A program made the translations under genes and the position numbers. A stretch of DNA of 64,000 bases from a virus: IMG/VR virus record IMGVR_UViG_3300040806_003461, positions 16,662-80,661 of that record; one strand, 5' to 3'. Under the pieces are notes generated by a model. That model was not told the origin of the DNA. It saw nothing but the letters and a program-made list of their open reading frames with translations, and did not search any database. Of the stretch, positions 54,478-63,176 are shown in pieces. The stretch's first letter is position 1. Every line of letters begins with the position of its first letter.

Positions 54478-55721
54478 GTGAATTTAAATTCCAAGTCCTT
54501 CCATACGGTTGTAGATCCAAACATTGCTGCCAATCTTTCAGGTTCCTTTGTAATCTCAAAGGTTTCAAATCGGTCAAGCAACGCATTCGTAATAACATCT
54601 AAATATTTTTTAACTAAAAAATCGCCAGTACAATGGTGCGGTCCATAAGCAAGCGTAACAGGATACGGCTCGTCGTCTCGTTCTAATTTAAATTCTAATG
54701 GATCCTTGTAATATTTTGGATCTCGGTTTGCGCCATACGTATATAAAAGAATACGCCCATTTTGGTCAAACTTGTATCCGTGATAGTCCATTGTTTCTGT
54801 AATATCTCGAATACCGCCTTTAAGAGGAGCAAGACGTAATACTTCTCGAGTAAAGTTTTTAACAAGCTCGCGATCCTTTTGAATTCTTTTCACAATATCA
54901 GGATGGTTTGCTAAACACATTACAAGATACTGATATAAAGACAAAGCAAACGTTGGAATCACGACAGTCCATAACGACTGAATAAACATATATCCCATCA
55001 GCTTTGGATTATCGTTATATTCCCATTGCTTATCGCTTAGGTTATATGCCATATTGACCATCGTATCTTCGTTACGACCTTCAAGCATATAATAATCAAG
55101 AGTATCGTTTACAGCCTGAGAAAACATTTTATAGAATTCAGTTGTTTCAGCAACCGGCTTATCGTAATCAAAATCTGGATTATAGTTTGAGAATACGTTG
55201 CCAGGTCTCATCCATTCGTGAAAGCCATCTTTTACTTGTTCTTCAGTTACGTCAAGCTCATCCCACGGAAATTCAATAGTCTGAATTTGCGTATCAGTTG
55301 CGATGCGTCCGATTACATCATAAGACAAAAATGGTTTGCCTTTTTCAATTGTATCTAATGAGTCATTAACATTCTTAGTAAAAATATCAAGGAAATCGTC
55401 AGCACGACGGCGAATCCATTCAAGGCTGTGCTTTTTTGCTAAATGATGATGAGGACCTTCTCGTAAAGTCAACGCATAACCTGCACGCCATATACCACCT
55501 AATGGAGTTGGATCAAACGGTGCAGGTGAAGTTTTTGCTAAGCTGAACGCTTCATTCATTTTGGATGCTTCTTTTAAGCGATCCATTGAAAAGATTATCC
55601 AATGCTTATACGTTGGGTGCCAAAAGAATCCACGCGGTTCGTTTTCAAAAAGAAACTCCGCGTGTTCATCCATTTTATAAAGGAACTCTGAACGAGTTAT
55701 ATCAAAATCAGTTTTTCTCAT
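54474..55721 (-). CDS. Cytochrome P450
   Basis: ExxR (EVLR), ANRDP, FKLER, heme ligand LAYGPHHCTG; 415 aa. Confidence 0.88.
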   Translation of the reverse strand: MRKTDFDITRSEFLYKMDEHAEFLFENEPRGFFWHPTYKHWIIFSMDRLKEASKMNEAFSLAKTSPAPFDPTPLGGIWRAGYALTLREGPHHHLAKKHSLEWIRRRADDFLDIFTKNVNDSLDTIEKGKPFLSYDVIGRIATDTQIQTIEFPWDELDVTEEQVKDGFHEWMRPGNVFSNYNPDFDYDKPVAETTEFYKMFSQAVNDTLDYYMLEGRNEDTMVNMAYNLSDKQWEYNDNPKLMGYMFIQSLWTVVIPTFALSLYQYLVMCLANHPDIVKRIQKDRELVKNFTREVLRLAPLKGGIRDITETMDYHGYKFDQNGRILLYTYGANRDPKYYKDPLEFKLERDDEPYPVTLAYGPHHCTGDFLVKKYLDVITNALLDRFETFEITKEPERLAAMFGSTTVWKDLEFKFT

Positions 55722-55738
55722 AATATAATAAAAGTTGA

Positions 55739-56050
55739 TTAAAGGTCGGCAGTCTCAGGGGAAAAAGAAATCGCCCAACCGTTACCGGTCATTGTATCTT
55801 TAACTGTTTGAGAAACACCTGCCATGAGCGTTTTATATTCAGCCGCGGCGGCATCAGTAAAAGTATTTTGAACTGTCCATACTCCATCAGCAACTGATAC
55901 CTCAGTAGTACGGCCGCCATCAACTTCTGCAGTTGCAAGAAAATCCTGTACATTTGTTGGCAACAATTCGCGCACATAACCCATTACCTGTGCTCTCGTT
56001 GCGTCAGGCATTGTAGCTGGGGGTGTAACTGTAACTGTTTGTGTAGGCAT
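55739..56050 (-). CDS. Small hypothetical protein heading the tailoring operon
   Basis: Strong SD GGAGG; AATAAATA late-like box at 56073-56080; Thr/Ala/Val-rich. Confidence 0.7.
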   Translation of the reverse strand: MPTQTVTVTPPATMPDATRAQVMGYVRELLPTNVQDFLATAEVDGGRTTEVSVADGVWTVQNTFTDAAAAEYKTLMAGVSQTVKDTMTGNGWAISFSPETADL

Positions 56051-56075
56051 AATTTATCCTCCGTTATTGATTTAT

Positions 56076-57833
56076 TTATTCTTCAAAGTACAGGCTAAAG
56101 TTTTTAGAAATAAAGTGTTTTATGACAGCCTTGTCTTCAATGTTTCTTGCGTTATATTTGTTCCTTGCGGCATACCATGCTTGATGACCTATTTCAAAAG
56201 ATTTTATATTATCATAGTTATGTTGAGAATGCCAATGTGCTGCAAGTCTGAATACAGGAACGTTGTTCTTAATTGTTTTATAGGAAAAGATTGTTTCGTT
56301 ATCGTACCCAAAAGATGCTCTTATATTACTAGGATACATGCTAAACTCATCTTCTTTAAGTTCTAACATTGTATCAAGCACTTCGTCAATATCTCCAAAG
56401 AAATCAAGTTGTTCCATTGATTTTTTATTGGCTATAATAACGCCAGTGTTATACGCGTAGTTTTCGTTTTCAATATCGTCGTTCGTTAGTAGTGCATGTG
56501 AATTCCAATACTTTGCTTGAGGATTACGAAAATCTTTATTATAGTTTACAAGATATTCAGATGACTTGCCATCAATTTTTAATTCCGCGGCAGTATTATA
56601 AAAACAACAAAGAGCATGGCTACAAGGAACGTGGTCAAACGCATCGGCATAACTTAAAAACAAACAGTCAAAGTCAACATACATTACAAGGTCGTAATCT
56701 TTTGTTAGCTTTTCAGTTAACCAAATCTTATATAAATTGATTACGTCATATTCTGATAATTGCGGAAAGCGTTTATAGAATTGTTCGTATTCTTCATTAC
56801 GACCGATATGAACATAATCAGCACCGATGTGTTTAGCATAATCTTTATGATTATCTAATATTTTTTCTCGGTATTTGTTTAATTGTCTTTTTGCTATTGC
56901 GCTTTTGTTTTCAGGATTATCTGAATAACCTTTTGGATTATCGAGTCTTTCCTCAGGAATATCAATATGTAAAGAAAAAATCAGTTTCGTTTTATCTTTG
57001 AAAAACCTACCAAATTGTTTATTGATAATATGTAGGATCTTTCCTTCGTAACCTTCTGCTGGTAACTCCGAATAGATTTTATGCCATTCCTCATCCATTA
57101 GTACGTATGGGATGTTGTATTCTTCAAGGATGTATGAGAATATGCTTTCGTTATTTGGATAATAACTTAGCATAATTGTACCGAAGATTGCGTCGGTTGA
57201 TAAAGCTTTATCTTTAATGTCTTCGAGCTTATTAATAATGGAAGGTAATCTATCAACAAACTGAATCTGTTTAATGTATTCAGATCTTGCTAACATAATG
57301 CCCGTATTCATTACGTGGTTATCCTTACCACCTAACAAATCTTTTGTGATATGATATTTAAGAGTAGGAGAACGTAATCCGATAACATCAAATAGCAAAT
57401 CCTGCTTGTCCTTGCCAATAATATCGTAATCTTGATCTCTAATATAAATGCCTTTGCTTAGATCTAATTCTTCAAATACGTTTTCGTCTGTATTAAATAC
57501 AACGTCCATATCAACGTACATTACTTCATCATATTCTTCAGCAAGGTTTGCCATCAAATGATGCTTATATAAATTGACCTTCGCAAATTCTAAATTTACA
57601 TCAACCTCAAAATCCTTCATCGTATTGCGATAGAAAATAAATTCAACGCCGATCTTTTCAGCATAATCTTTTTTGTTTTGTAGCAGTCGGTCAAAGTATT
57701 CTTCAATGCATTTCTGTTTGGCAATGTCAGCCTGACGAGTTGCCTTCCAATCAAGATCAACCGTTGCCTGACTTTTATTGACTTTTTCGCCACGATTAAT
57801 ATCGTCGTAAGTTGTAAATATTACTCGTTTCAT
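56076..57833 (-). CDS. Tandem two-domain GT-A glycosyltransferase
   Basis: Two homologous halves: NLYK...YVDMDV...NTGIM...NNESIFSY and NLYK...YVDFDC...NTGVI...DNETIFSY. Confidence 0.75.
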   Translation of the reverse strand: MKRVIFTTYDDINRGEKVNKSQATVDLDWKATRQADIAKQKCIEEYFDRLLQNKKDYAEKIGVEFIFYRNTMKDFEVDVNLEFAKVNLYKHHLMANLAEEYDEVMYVDMDVVFNTDENVFEELDLSKGIYIRDQDYDIIGKDKQDLLFDVIGLRSPTLKYHITKDLLGGKDNHVMNTGIMLARSEYIKQIQFVDRLPSIINKLEDIKDKALSTDAIFGTIMLSYYPNNESIFSYILEEYNIPYVLMDEEWHKIYSELPAEGYEGKILHIINKQFGRFFKDKTKLIFSLHIDIPEERLDNPKGYSDNPENKSAIAKRQLNKYREKILDNHKDYAKHIGADYVHIGRNEEYEQFYKRFPQLSEYDVINLYKIWLTEKLTKDYDLVMYVDFDCLFLSYADAFDHVPCSHALCCFYNTAAELKIDGKSSEYLVNYNKDFRNPQAKYWNSHALLTNDDIENENYAYNTGVIIANKKSMEQLDFFGDIDEVLDTMLELKEDEFSMYPSNIRASFGYDNETIFSYKTIKNNVPVFRLAAHWHSQHNYDNIKSFEIGHQAWYAARNKYNARNIEDKAVIKHFISKNFSLYFEE

Positions 57834-58495
57834 TTTCCTATTACCATATATCTTTCATATTTACCAGCATCAAGAGAACCTTTCCATTCAACCTTTCGAA
57901 GACCTAGCGAATCTACAAATTCATCAAGACTATTGTGTGTATTGATATGGGATTGGATTTCGTGATAGTTGTTACCTTGAAAACAGACTAAAGTATTCGG
58001 TGCTTTCATTCGGGTCATTAACAACAAATCTTCAGGCTCCATATGCTCACAGCTTGTATTAATAATTATATCACATTTTTGTATATTGTCAAATACCCAT
58101 TCTTCAGCATCTTCAATAATACAATAGGTTCGGTCGCTTTCCATTCCTTGAAATAACAGTTTAGCAAAACGTGCCGTCTCAGGATCAGAATCAACGTTAT
58201 GAATGTGCGGGTTTGTTTCTAATTGCTCTCGTAATAATAAACTGATTAATCCGTACCACGATCCAAGGACAGCAATGTTGTTAACCTTTTTATCTATGAA
58301 TGGCATTAGGTTATTAACCAACCATTCCTTTGAAGCAAATTGGTTTTCGTTTACTGAATTGATAATGTCGTGTATACGAAAAAGGTCAACGTCAGGATTC
58401 CATTTACTTTTTTCATAAAGATCGTCAATGGCATTCAGTGCATTTCTATAAAGCAATTCTCGGTAATTCATATTCGATTCCATTATACATATCAA
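57830..58495 (-). CDS. Class I methyltransferase-fold protein (probable start 58471)
   Basis: SKEWL, IAVLGSWYG, VDSDP, IINTSCEHM. Confidence 0.7.
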   Translation of the reverse strand: MICIMESNMNYRELLYRNALNAIDDLYEKSKWNPDVDLFRIHDIINSVNENQFASKEWLVNNLMPFIDKKVNNIAVLGSWYGLISLLLREQLETNPHIHNVDSDPETARFAKLLFQGMESDRTYCIIEDAEEWVFDNIQKCDIIINTSCEHMEPEDLLLMTRMKAPNTLVCFQGNNYHEIQSHINTHNSLDEFVDSLGLRKVEWKGSLDAGKYERYMVIGK

Positions 58496-59060
58496 TTGGT
58501 GCGATATAATTTTCGTTAGCTACACTGTTTACAATCCCGTCGGCAAACGTATCCAAAGCAAAACCTTCGTGAACGAGAAAGCGATCTATGCCTTTGTATT
58601 TTCGCATAAAGTAATCGCGGTTCGTCATAAAGTGATCCCATATATGAGCTTGCTGTTTTGCTGTCCACGTTATCACTGAGCTATTTATTTTTACGTCATA
58701 GGCATGTTTATCAAAATACATATCTTTTTTCCAATACGCATTGATAACTGTAAGATTATTCCATTTAATAAAATTAGATGGGTCTTCTTTAACATCCATA
58801 TCCAAATCAAAAAATAAACACTTGCCTTTAACTGGAAAATCTTTACTAAACATCGCAAGCTTATTCCACCAAAACCTTAAAGATGGTTTTTTGAGTATTG
58901 GAATAATATTGATTCTTGCATCAATATGTTGCTTGTTTTCAGTATAGCAATAAAAATCTGCGTTGGGATAATATTTAACTAATTGCTTATAAAGTCTATT
59001 TACATGTAAAGCGCTATACTTGTCGCCGTGTTTTACAAATATAATACTATCAGGTTGCAT
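58446..59060 (-). CDS. GT-A glycosyltransferase-like protein
   Basis: KHGDKYS..HVNRL, WWNKLAMF, LFFDLD, NSSV. Confidence 0.7.
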   Translation of the reverse strand: MQPDSIIFVKHGDKYSALHVNRLYKQLVKYYPNADFYCYTENKQHIDARINIIPILKKPSLRFWWNKLAMFSKDFPVKGKCLFFDLDMDVKEDPSNFIKWNNLTVINAYWKKDMYFDKHAYDVKINSSVITWTAKQQAHIWDHFMTNRDYFMRKYKGIDRFLVHEGFALDTFADGIVNSVANENYIAPIDMYNGIEYELPRIAL

Positions 59061-60114
59061 GGTATGCTCTTAACTGATGACGCTTTTTAATTCTATTACT
59101 ACAATTGCGTGCGCATTGTGGAACAGGGTTATCTCCTTCCATACTTGCTTGTAATTTTTTCGCAAACCATTCGCTTGTAATAATATCAGATAATGTAGTG
59201 TGAAATATGTTATACTTTTCTAAGTTCTGATTATAGTCATCAGCGTATATTTCGTGGCGTTCAATTTCACGTCCATATGTTTTATCAACTCTATTTTTAT
59301 AATGGGCATTCGCATGGAAACAGCAAGGCAATACTTGTCCATCAGGATTAATCACAACCTCGTTACGCGGCCTTGCCCAACGGCATTTGATTTCATACTC
59401 GTTTTCAGATATATCTGTTCCTGATATTTTTCCGTCAGGTAAAGATTCCTGGTCGGCTCTTTCAAACGTATCTTCGTTTCCATTCTCATCAATAAACCGA
59501 TCTACCCCATCTTGAGTATGGTCAAATCTATCTGATATAACAAACGTATGAATATCAGCGCCGTGTGCTTTAACTAATTCTTTGATCTGTTCTTTATAAT
59601 CTTGATTGTGTTTAAACAAAACGGTTTGAGAACGTACCTTTGCGTTTGTATTGCTCAATGTTTCCATATTAGATAATACACGATCTAACTCAGTAAATCG
59701 TCGATACTTTTGGTGCATTTCCTGATCTATTCCATCAACTGCAAACACGACCTCAAGTTGAGAACCGCAGTATACTCCTAGATCCCACCACCAATCGTCA
59801 TTACGAATACTACCATTTGTATCAATTGAAATAAAGCAAAAGTAATTGTTGTCCACAATATACTTACACATTTCAAATAGATCCTTTGCCATTACAGGAT
59901 CACCCCAAGTTCCACAGAATTTAAACTGATTAACCTTCTTTACTTCATCTGGAGGAAATGCTTTTTTGAATGTTTCAAGATCCCATTGGATTAACGGAAG
60001 CCAACCTTGTTTTCCTAAACCATTTTTATCGGTACGATGGCACTGAGGACAACCCGCATTGCAATACGTTGAAATATCAAGAAAAACCTTGATACCTTCT
60101 GGACTCCATAACAT
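59050..60114 (-). CDS. Radical SAM enzyme with SPASM/twitch domain
   Basis: CNAGCPQC, GTWGDP, TNGS, FAVDG; C-terminal C...DGQVLPCC...CARNC. Confidence 0.88.
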   Translation of the reverse strand: MLWSPEGIKVFLDISTYCNAGCPQCHRTDKNGLGKQGWLPLIQWDLETFKKAFPPDEVKKVNQFKFCGTWGDPVMAKDLFEMCKYIVDNNYFCFISIDTNGSIRNDDWWWDLGVYCGSQLEVVFAVDGIDQEMHQKYRRFTELDRVLSNMETLSNTNAKVRSQTVLFKHNQDYKEQIKELVKAHGADIHTFVISDRFDHTQDGVDRFIDENGNEDTFERADQESLPDGKISGTDISENEYEIKCRWARPRNEVVINPDGQVLPCCFHANAHYKNRVDKTYGREIERHEIYADDYNQNLEKYNIFHTTLSDIITSEWFAKKLQASMEGDNPVPQCARNCSNRIKKRHQLRAYHAT

Positions 60115-60121
60115 ATATCAC

Positions 60122-60649
60122 CTACTGCATTAAATATAAAACGGATAAACCCTCAAGAATTGTTTGAGATCTACGCAATGCTTTTTTCTGATCTGTTGTG
60201 GCCTTCTTCATCAACTCACTGTCAATTGCCCACATCTTAAAACCAAATACTGCATCTTTGTTTTTGTTGTTATTAACAATTATATCCCAAAATTTTGAAT
60301 GGTCAATAGAAAATTCAACAGTATCGGTTTTTCCTTCTTCGACCTTACTGATATTTTGATATGATTGTAAATTATGACGTTTCAGAACTTCAGATAAACG
60401 GATTTCAACTTCTTCATTAACAATCCGAGCAAAACGCTTACCGTCTGCTATACGCATCTCATCCGTAGCATTCATAATTTTTTCAACATCCCAACCGTCT
60501 GCCGCCAAAGCTTTATAGTCGGGATTGTGTTCGTTAGCAGGAATTACATATCCACGTATGCGATCTCCATCATTATATTCAACTCTGATTGTATTACATT
60601 CTTTGTTTATGTAATAGGCACGAGTTACCTTACCACTAAAATCTGCCAT
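60122..60649 (-). CDS. Putative fibre assembly chaperone, paralog of 62604..63164
   Basis: IPANEHNPDYKAL and FGFKMWAIDSE...KKALRRSQT align with the paralog. Confidence 0.6.
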   Translation of the reverse strand: MADFSGKVTRAYYINKECNTIRVEYNDGDRIRGYVIPANEHNPDYKALAADGWDVEKIMNATDEMRIADGKRFARIVNEEVEIRLSEVLKRHNLQSYQNISKVEEGKTDTVEFSIDHSKFWDIIVNNNKNKDAVFGFKMWAIDSELMKKATTDQKKALRRSQTILEGLSVLYLMQ

Positions 60650-60661
60650 TATATAATCTCC

Positions 60662-62374
60662 TTATGCGCCGCCTTCCCATAATAGTCTGTAATATCCAGT
60701 TGCTTCAACGGTTGACTGGTCCTTTGAAAGTTGGAACGTAAATATTGACATGCCACCTGGATAAGTTCCTGGAGTTCGTAAATCTTCAATTACGAAATAT
60801 CTGTTAGTCCCACCTGTGCTGTCAATTCTATACCAAGTATTTAAACTCCAACCGCCTTGTATTGTACCTTGGCCAGTTCTTGAAGTACAACGAACGTACC
60901 AAGTACCAGTTGGGTTTACAGTATTACTCCAAGGTTGGAATCGGCTTGTCACTGTTACTCGAGTATCAGTATCATCAATGTATGCAATCTTGCCGTCGGT
61001 TCTGAACATCCACCCAAGCTCCATACCGTTGGATCCGGGTAAAGGTATATCTCCACTTACTTTTGGTTGTGAAACAGTACCTTCAAGTTGTCCTACTTCC
61101 TCTAAAATATCTACAACATCAACTGACACTGCGACGTTTCCTGCAGAAGTTGCGAACGTACAAGTAACTGTTTCGTTTTCAGTTCCTGCATCATTTGCCA
61201 ATGTGATTGATGTTGAGCCTGATGCACCACTGATTGTTACGCTGCCTGATAATTGTCCTGAGGAAAGATCGTCGGCTGTTATACCTGAAATGGTATAAGC
61301 AATTGCTCTACCATCCGGTACGTTGTTTGTATTAAGTGTAAATGTAACTGATTCGCCTTCGTTAACACTGCCTGATGGATTTGCTGATGCCGAGAACGTT
61401 TCTGTTTGGTCGGTTCCCGAAACATCACCACTATTAACAATTTTTAAATACCACGTATTCCTTGTGGTGACAGAGCCTGCAGGAACTTCTTGTGAATAAT
61501 ACGTATCATTAACTTGACGAGTCCTACGGTCAAATGAATTGTAATGAGTATCAGTCATACCTTGGCCGCTTACACGACCTTGTGTGCCATCTTGGTTTTC
61601 AATTTGATAACGAATCTGAGATCCTGACAATGAAACAATCGCATATCGCATATGGTATTGTAGCATAGAATTAAAATCAGCTTCAGTATATTGAACGATA
61701 TCGCCATTAGTATCAATTTTAAAAGGCAAGCTTGCTTGTACTGCACTTGAATTTTTAACATACAAATACCAAGTGTTTTCTGTTGCAGGTTGGTCAAGCG
61801 GGTTTTCAGGAATAGTACCTGTTCTTATTGAATCGTCAGAAATTGTATCGGAAAAGACAGGGTTTGCACTAACTAAAGTAAAACCTGTTTTTGTTGGATA
61901 GTCGTCATAAATTGCGTACTGTCCTGCGCCTGCATAGTTTCCTGAACCGGTTGGTGCAAACCATTCCGCAATTGTCGGCGCAATAAAAGTATCGTAAAAA
62001 TCTTGTCTTGTCATTGCGACAAATTCATTAGACGCATTTAGATATAAAGGATATGCAATATTTACGTTTGAATCATCCCACGTATTTGCAGGAGATGCCA
62101 CGGATTGATCCATAGTATCCCATACGGTATCAATTGCCTGTACGTCAGGCCCATCTGGAAATCCTGTATTAGTTGATGCTGCCGCACCTGCTTGATACCT
62201 ACGGTCAATCATTTGATTTAGATTACCGCTATTGGCAACCACACTAAGCGACACCGATGGATTTAAACTATATTGGTGAATTGCCTGTTCGCCGATTAAT
62301 TGCATCTCGGCTGCCGACATGATCTGAAACTCATTCTGACCATTCAGCTTTAGAACAGTTGAACGGACAGCCAT
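60662..62374 (-). CDS. Tail fibre / receptor-binding-like structural protein with Ig-like segment
   Basis: Ser/Thr/Gly-rich; SVNEGESVTFTLNTNNVPDG Ig-like repeat; ends ATGYYRLLWEGGA. Confidence 0.65.
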   Translation of the reverse strand: MAVRSTVLKLNGQNEFQIMSAAEMQLIGEQAIHQYSLNPSVSLSVVANSGNLNQMIDRRYQAGAAASTNTGFPDGPDVQAIDTVWDTMDQSVASPANTWDDSNVNIAYPLYLNASNEFVAMTRQDFYDTFIAPTIAEWFAPTGSGNYAGAGQYAIYDDYPTKTGFTLVSANPVFSDTISDDSIRTGTIPENPLDQPATENTWYLYVKNSSAVQASLPFKIDTNGDIVQYTEADFNSMLQYHMRYAIVSLSGSQIRYQIENQDGTQGRVSGQGMTDTHYNSFDRRTRQVNDTYYSQEVPAGSVTTRNTWYLKIVNSGDVSGTDQTETFSASANPSGSVNEGESVTFTLNTNNVPDGRAIAYTISGITADDLSSGQLSGSVTISGASGSTSITLANDAGTENETVTCTFATSAGNVAVSVDVVDILEEVGQLEGTVSQPKVSGDIPLPGSNGMELGWMFRTDGKIAYIDDTDTRVTVTSRFQPWSNTVNPTGTWYVRCTSRTGQGTIQGGWSLNTWYRIDSTGGTNRYFVIEDLRTPGTYPGGMSIFTFQLSKDQSTVEATGYYRLLWEGGA

Positions 62375-62562
62375 TAGCTACGGTCCTCGGCTCCATAAAT
62401 TTCTTTTACAACAGTTCCCGCCGCATTCTTAACTACAAGTTTGTTTGCTCTTGCTACAAGATTGTCGTTAATTGTGTTGCTTGTTGTTGTATCAACATCG
62501 GCGATGTTTTCTAAATGCTTGTCATTGCTAATCACAATGTCATTTGCTACTTTAATTGGCAT
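62374..62562 (-). CDS. Small structural protein
   Basis: MPIKVANDIVISND...LVVKNAAGTVVKEIYGA; SD AGGAG; late promoter upstream. Confidence 0.65.
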   Translation of the reverse strand: MPIKVANDIVISNDKHLENIADVDTTTSNTINDNLVARANKLVVKNAAGTVVKEIYGAEDRS

Positions 62563-62600
62563 CTTTATCTCCTATCAGACGGTTATAAAGTTATTAGATT

Positions 62601-62608
62601 TATTTATA
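62601..62608 (-). promoter_or_regulatory. Late promoter TATAAATA
   Basis: Exact consensus upstream of 62562. Confidence 0.7.
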
Positions 62609-63164
62609 ATAGACTTGTGTAACAAGAAATCGCTTTAAACAAAGACTCTTGCTTTCTTAATTCTTTCTTGGCATCCGAAGACGCATTCTTTACAGCTTCT
62701 TGTTCAAGTGCCCATAATTTAAATTTAAAAAGCTCATCTTTATTATCATCGGATTTTGAAATCATTTCCCAAACACCGGTGTCCAAAGATTTTTGAATCT
62801 CGGCCGATTTCGTTTCAGCTTCTAATTCTCTTGCACCTGCAGCTTGTAATCTTTTATTGAGTTCGTCAACCTTTTCTTTTAGTTTGATCTCAATAGTTTT
62901 ATCAGCAAGCTCTTGTGCTGCTTTTTGAATAAGAACATTAATATCTCGAGAAGCCTGTCTTTTATATGCTTCCGTAGTTCTTACAAGTATTTCTTCTGTA
63001 TATCCAGAAGCAACTAAATCTTGATAATCTGTATTGCTTGGATCAGCAGGAATGCTGTGAATGCGTATTTTTCCGTCCTGTCCTTTCCATTCTACTAAGA
63101 CCGTGGAATAGGAGGAATCTTCATATCTTGCGCTAATTGCTTGGTCTATAATTGGGTTATTCAT
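62604..63164 (-). CDS. Putative fibre assembly chaperone, paralog of 60122..60649
   Basis: IPADPSNTDYQDL, FKFKLWALEQE...KKELRKQES. Confidence 0.6.
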   Translation of the reverse strand: MNNPIIDQAISARYEDSSYSTVLVEWKGQDGKIRIHSIPADPSNTDYQDLVASGYTEEILVRTTEAYKRQASRDINVLIQKAAQELADKTIEIKLKEKVDELNKRLQAAGARELEAETKSAEIQKSLDTGVWEMISKSDDNKDELFKFKLWALEQEAVKNASSDAKKELRKQESLFKAISCYTSLL

Positions 63165-63176
63165 ATCTTTCTCCTA

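Noticed and set aside
55739-56050. Ferredoxin or acyl carrier protein partner for the P450/ANL enzymes
   Set aside because: No cysteines and no DSL phosphopantetheine motif
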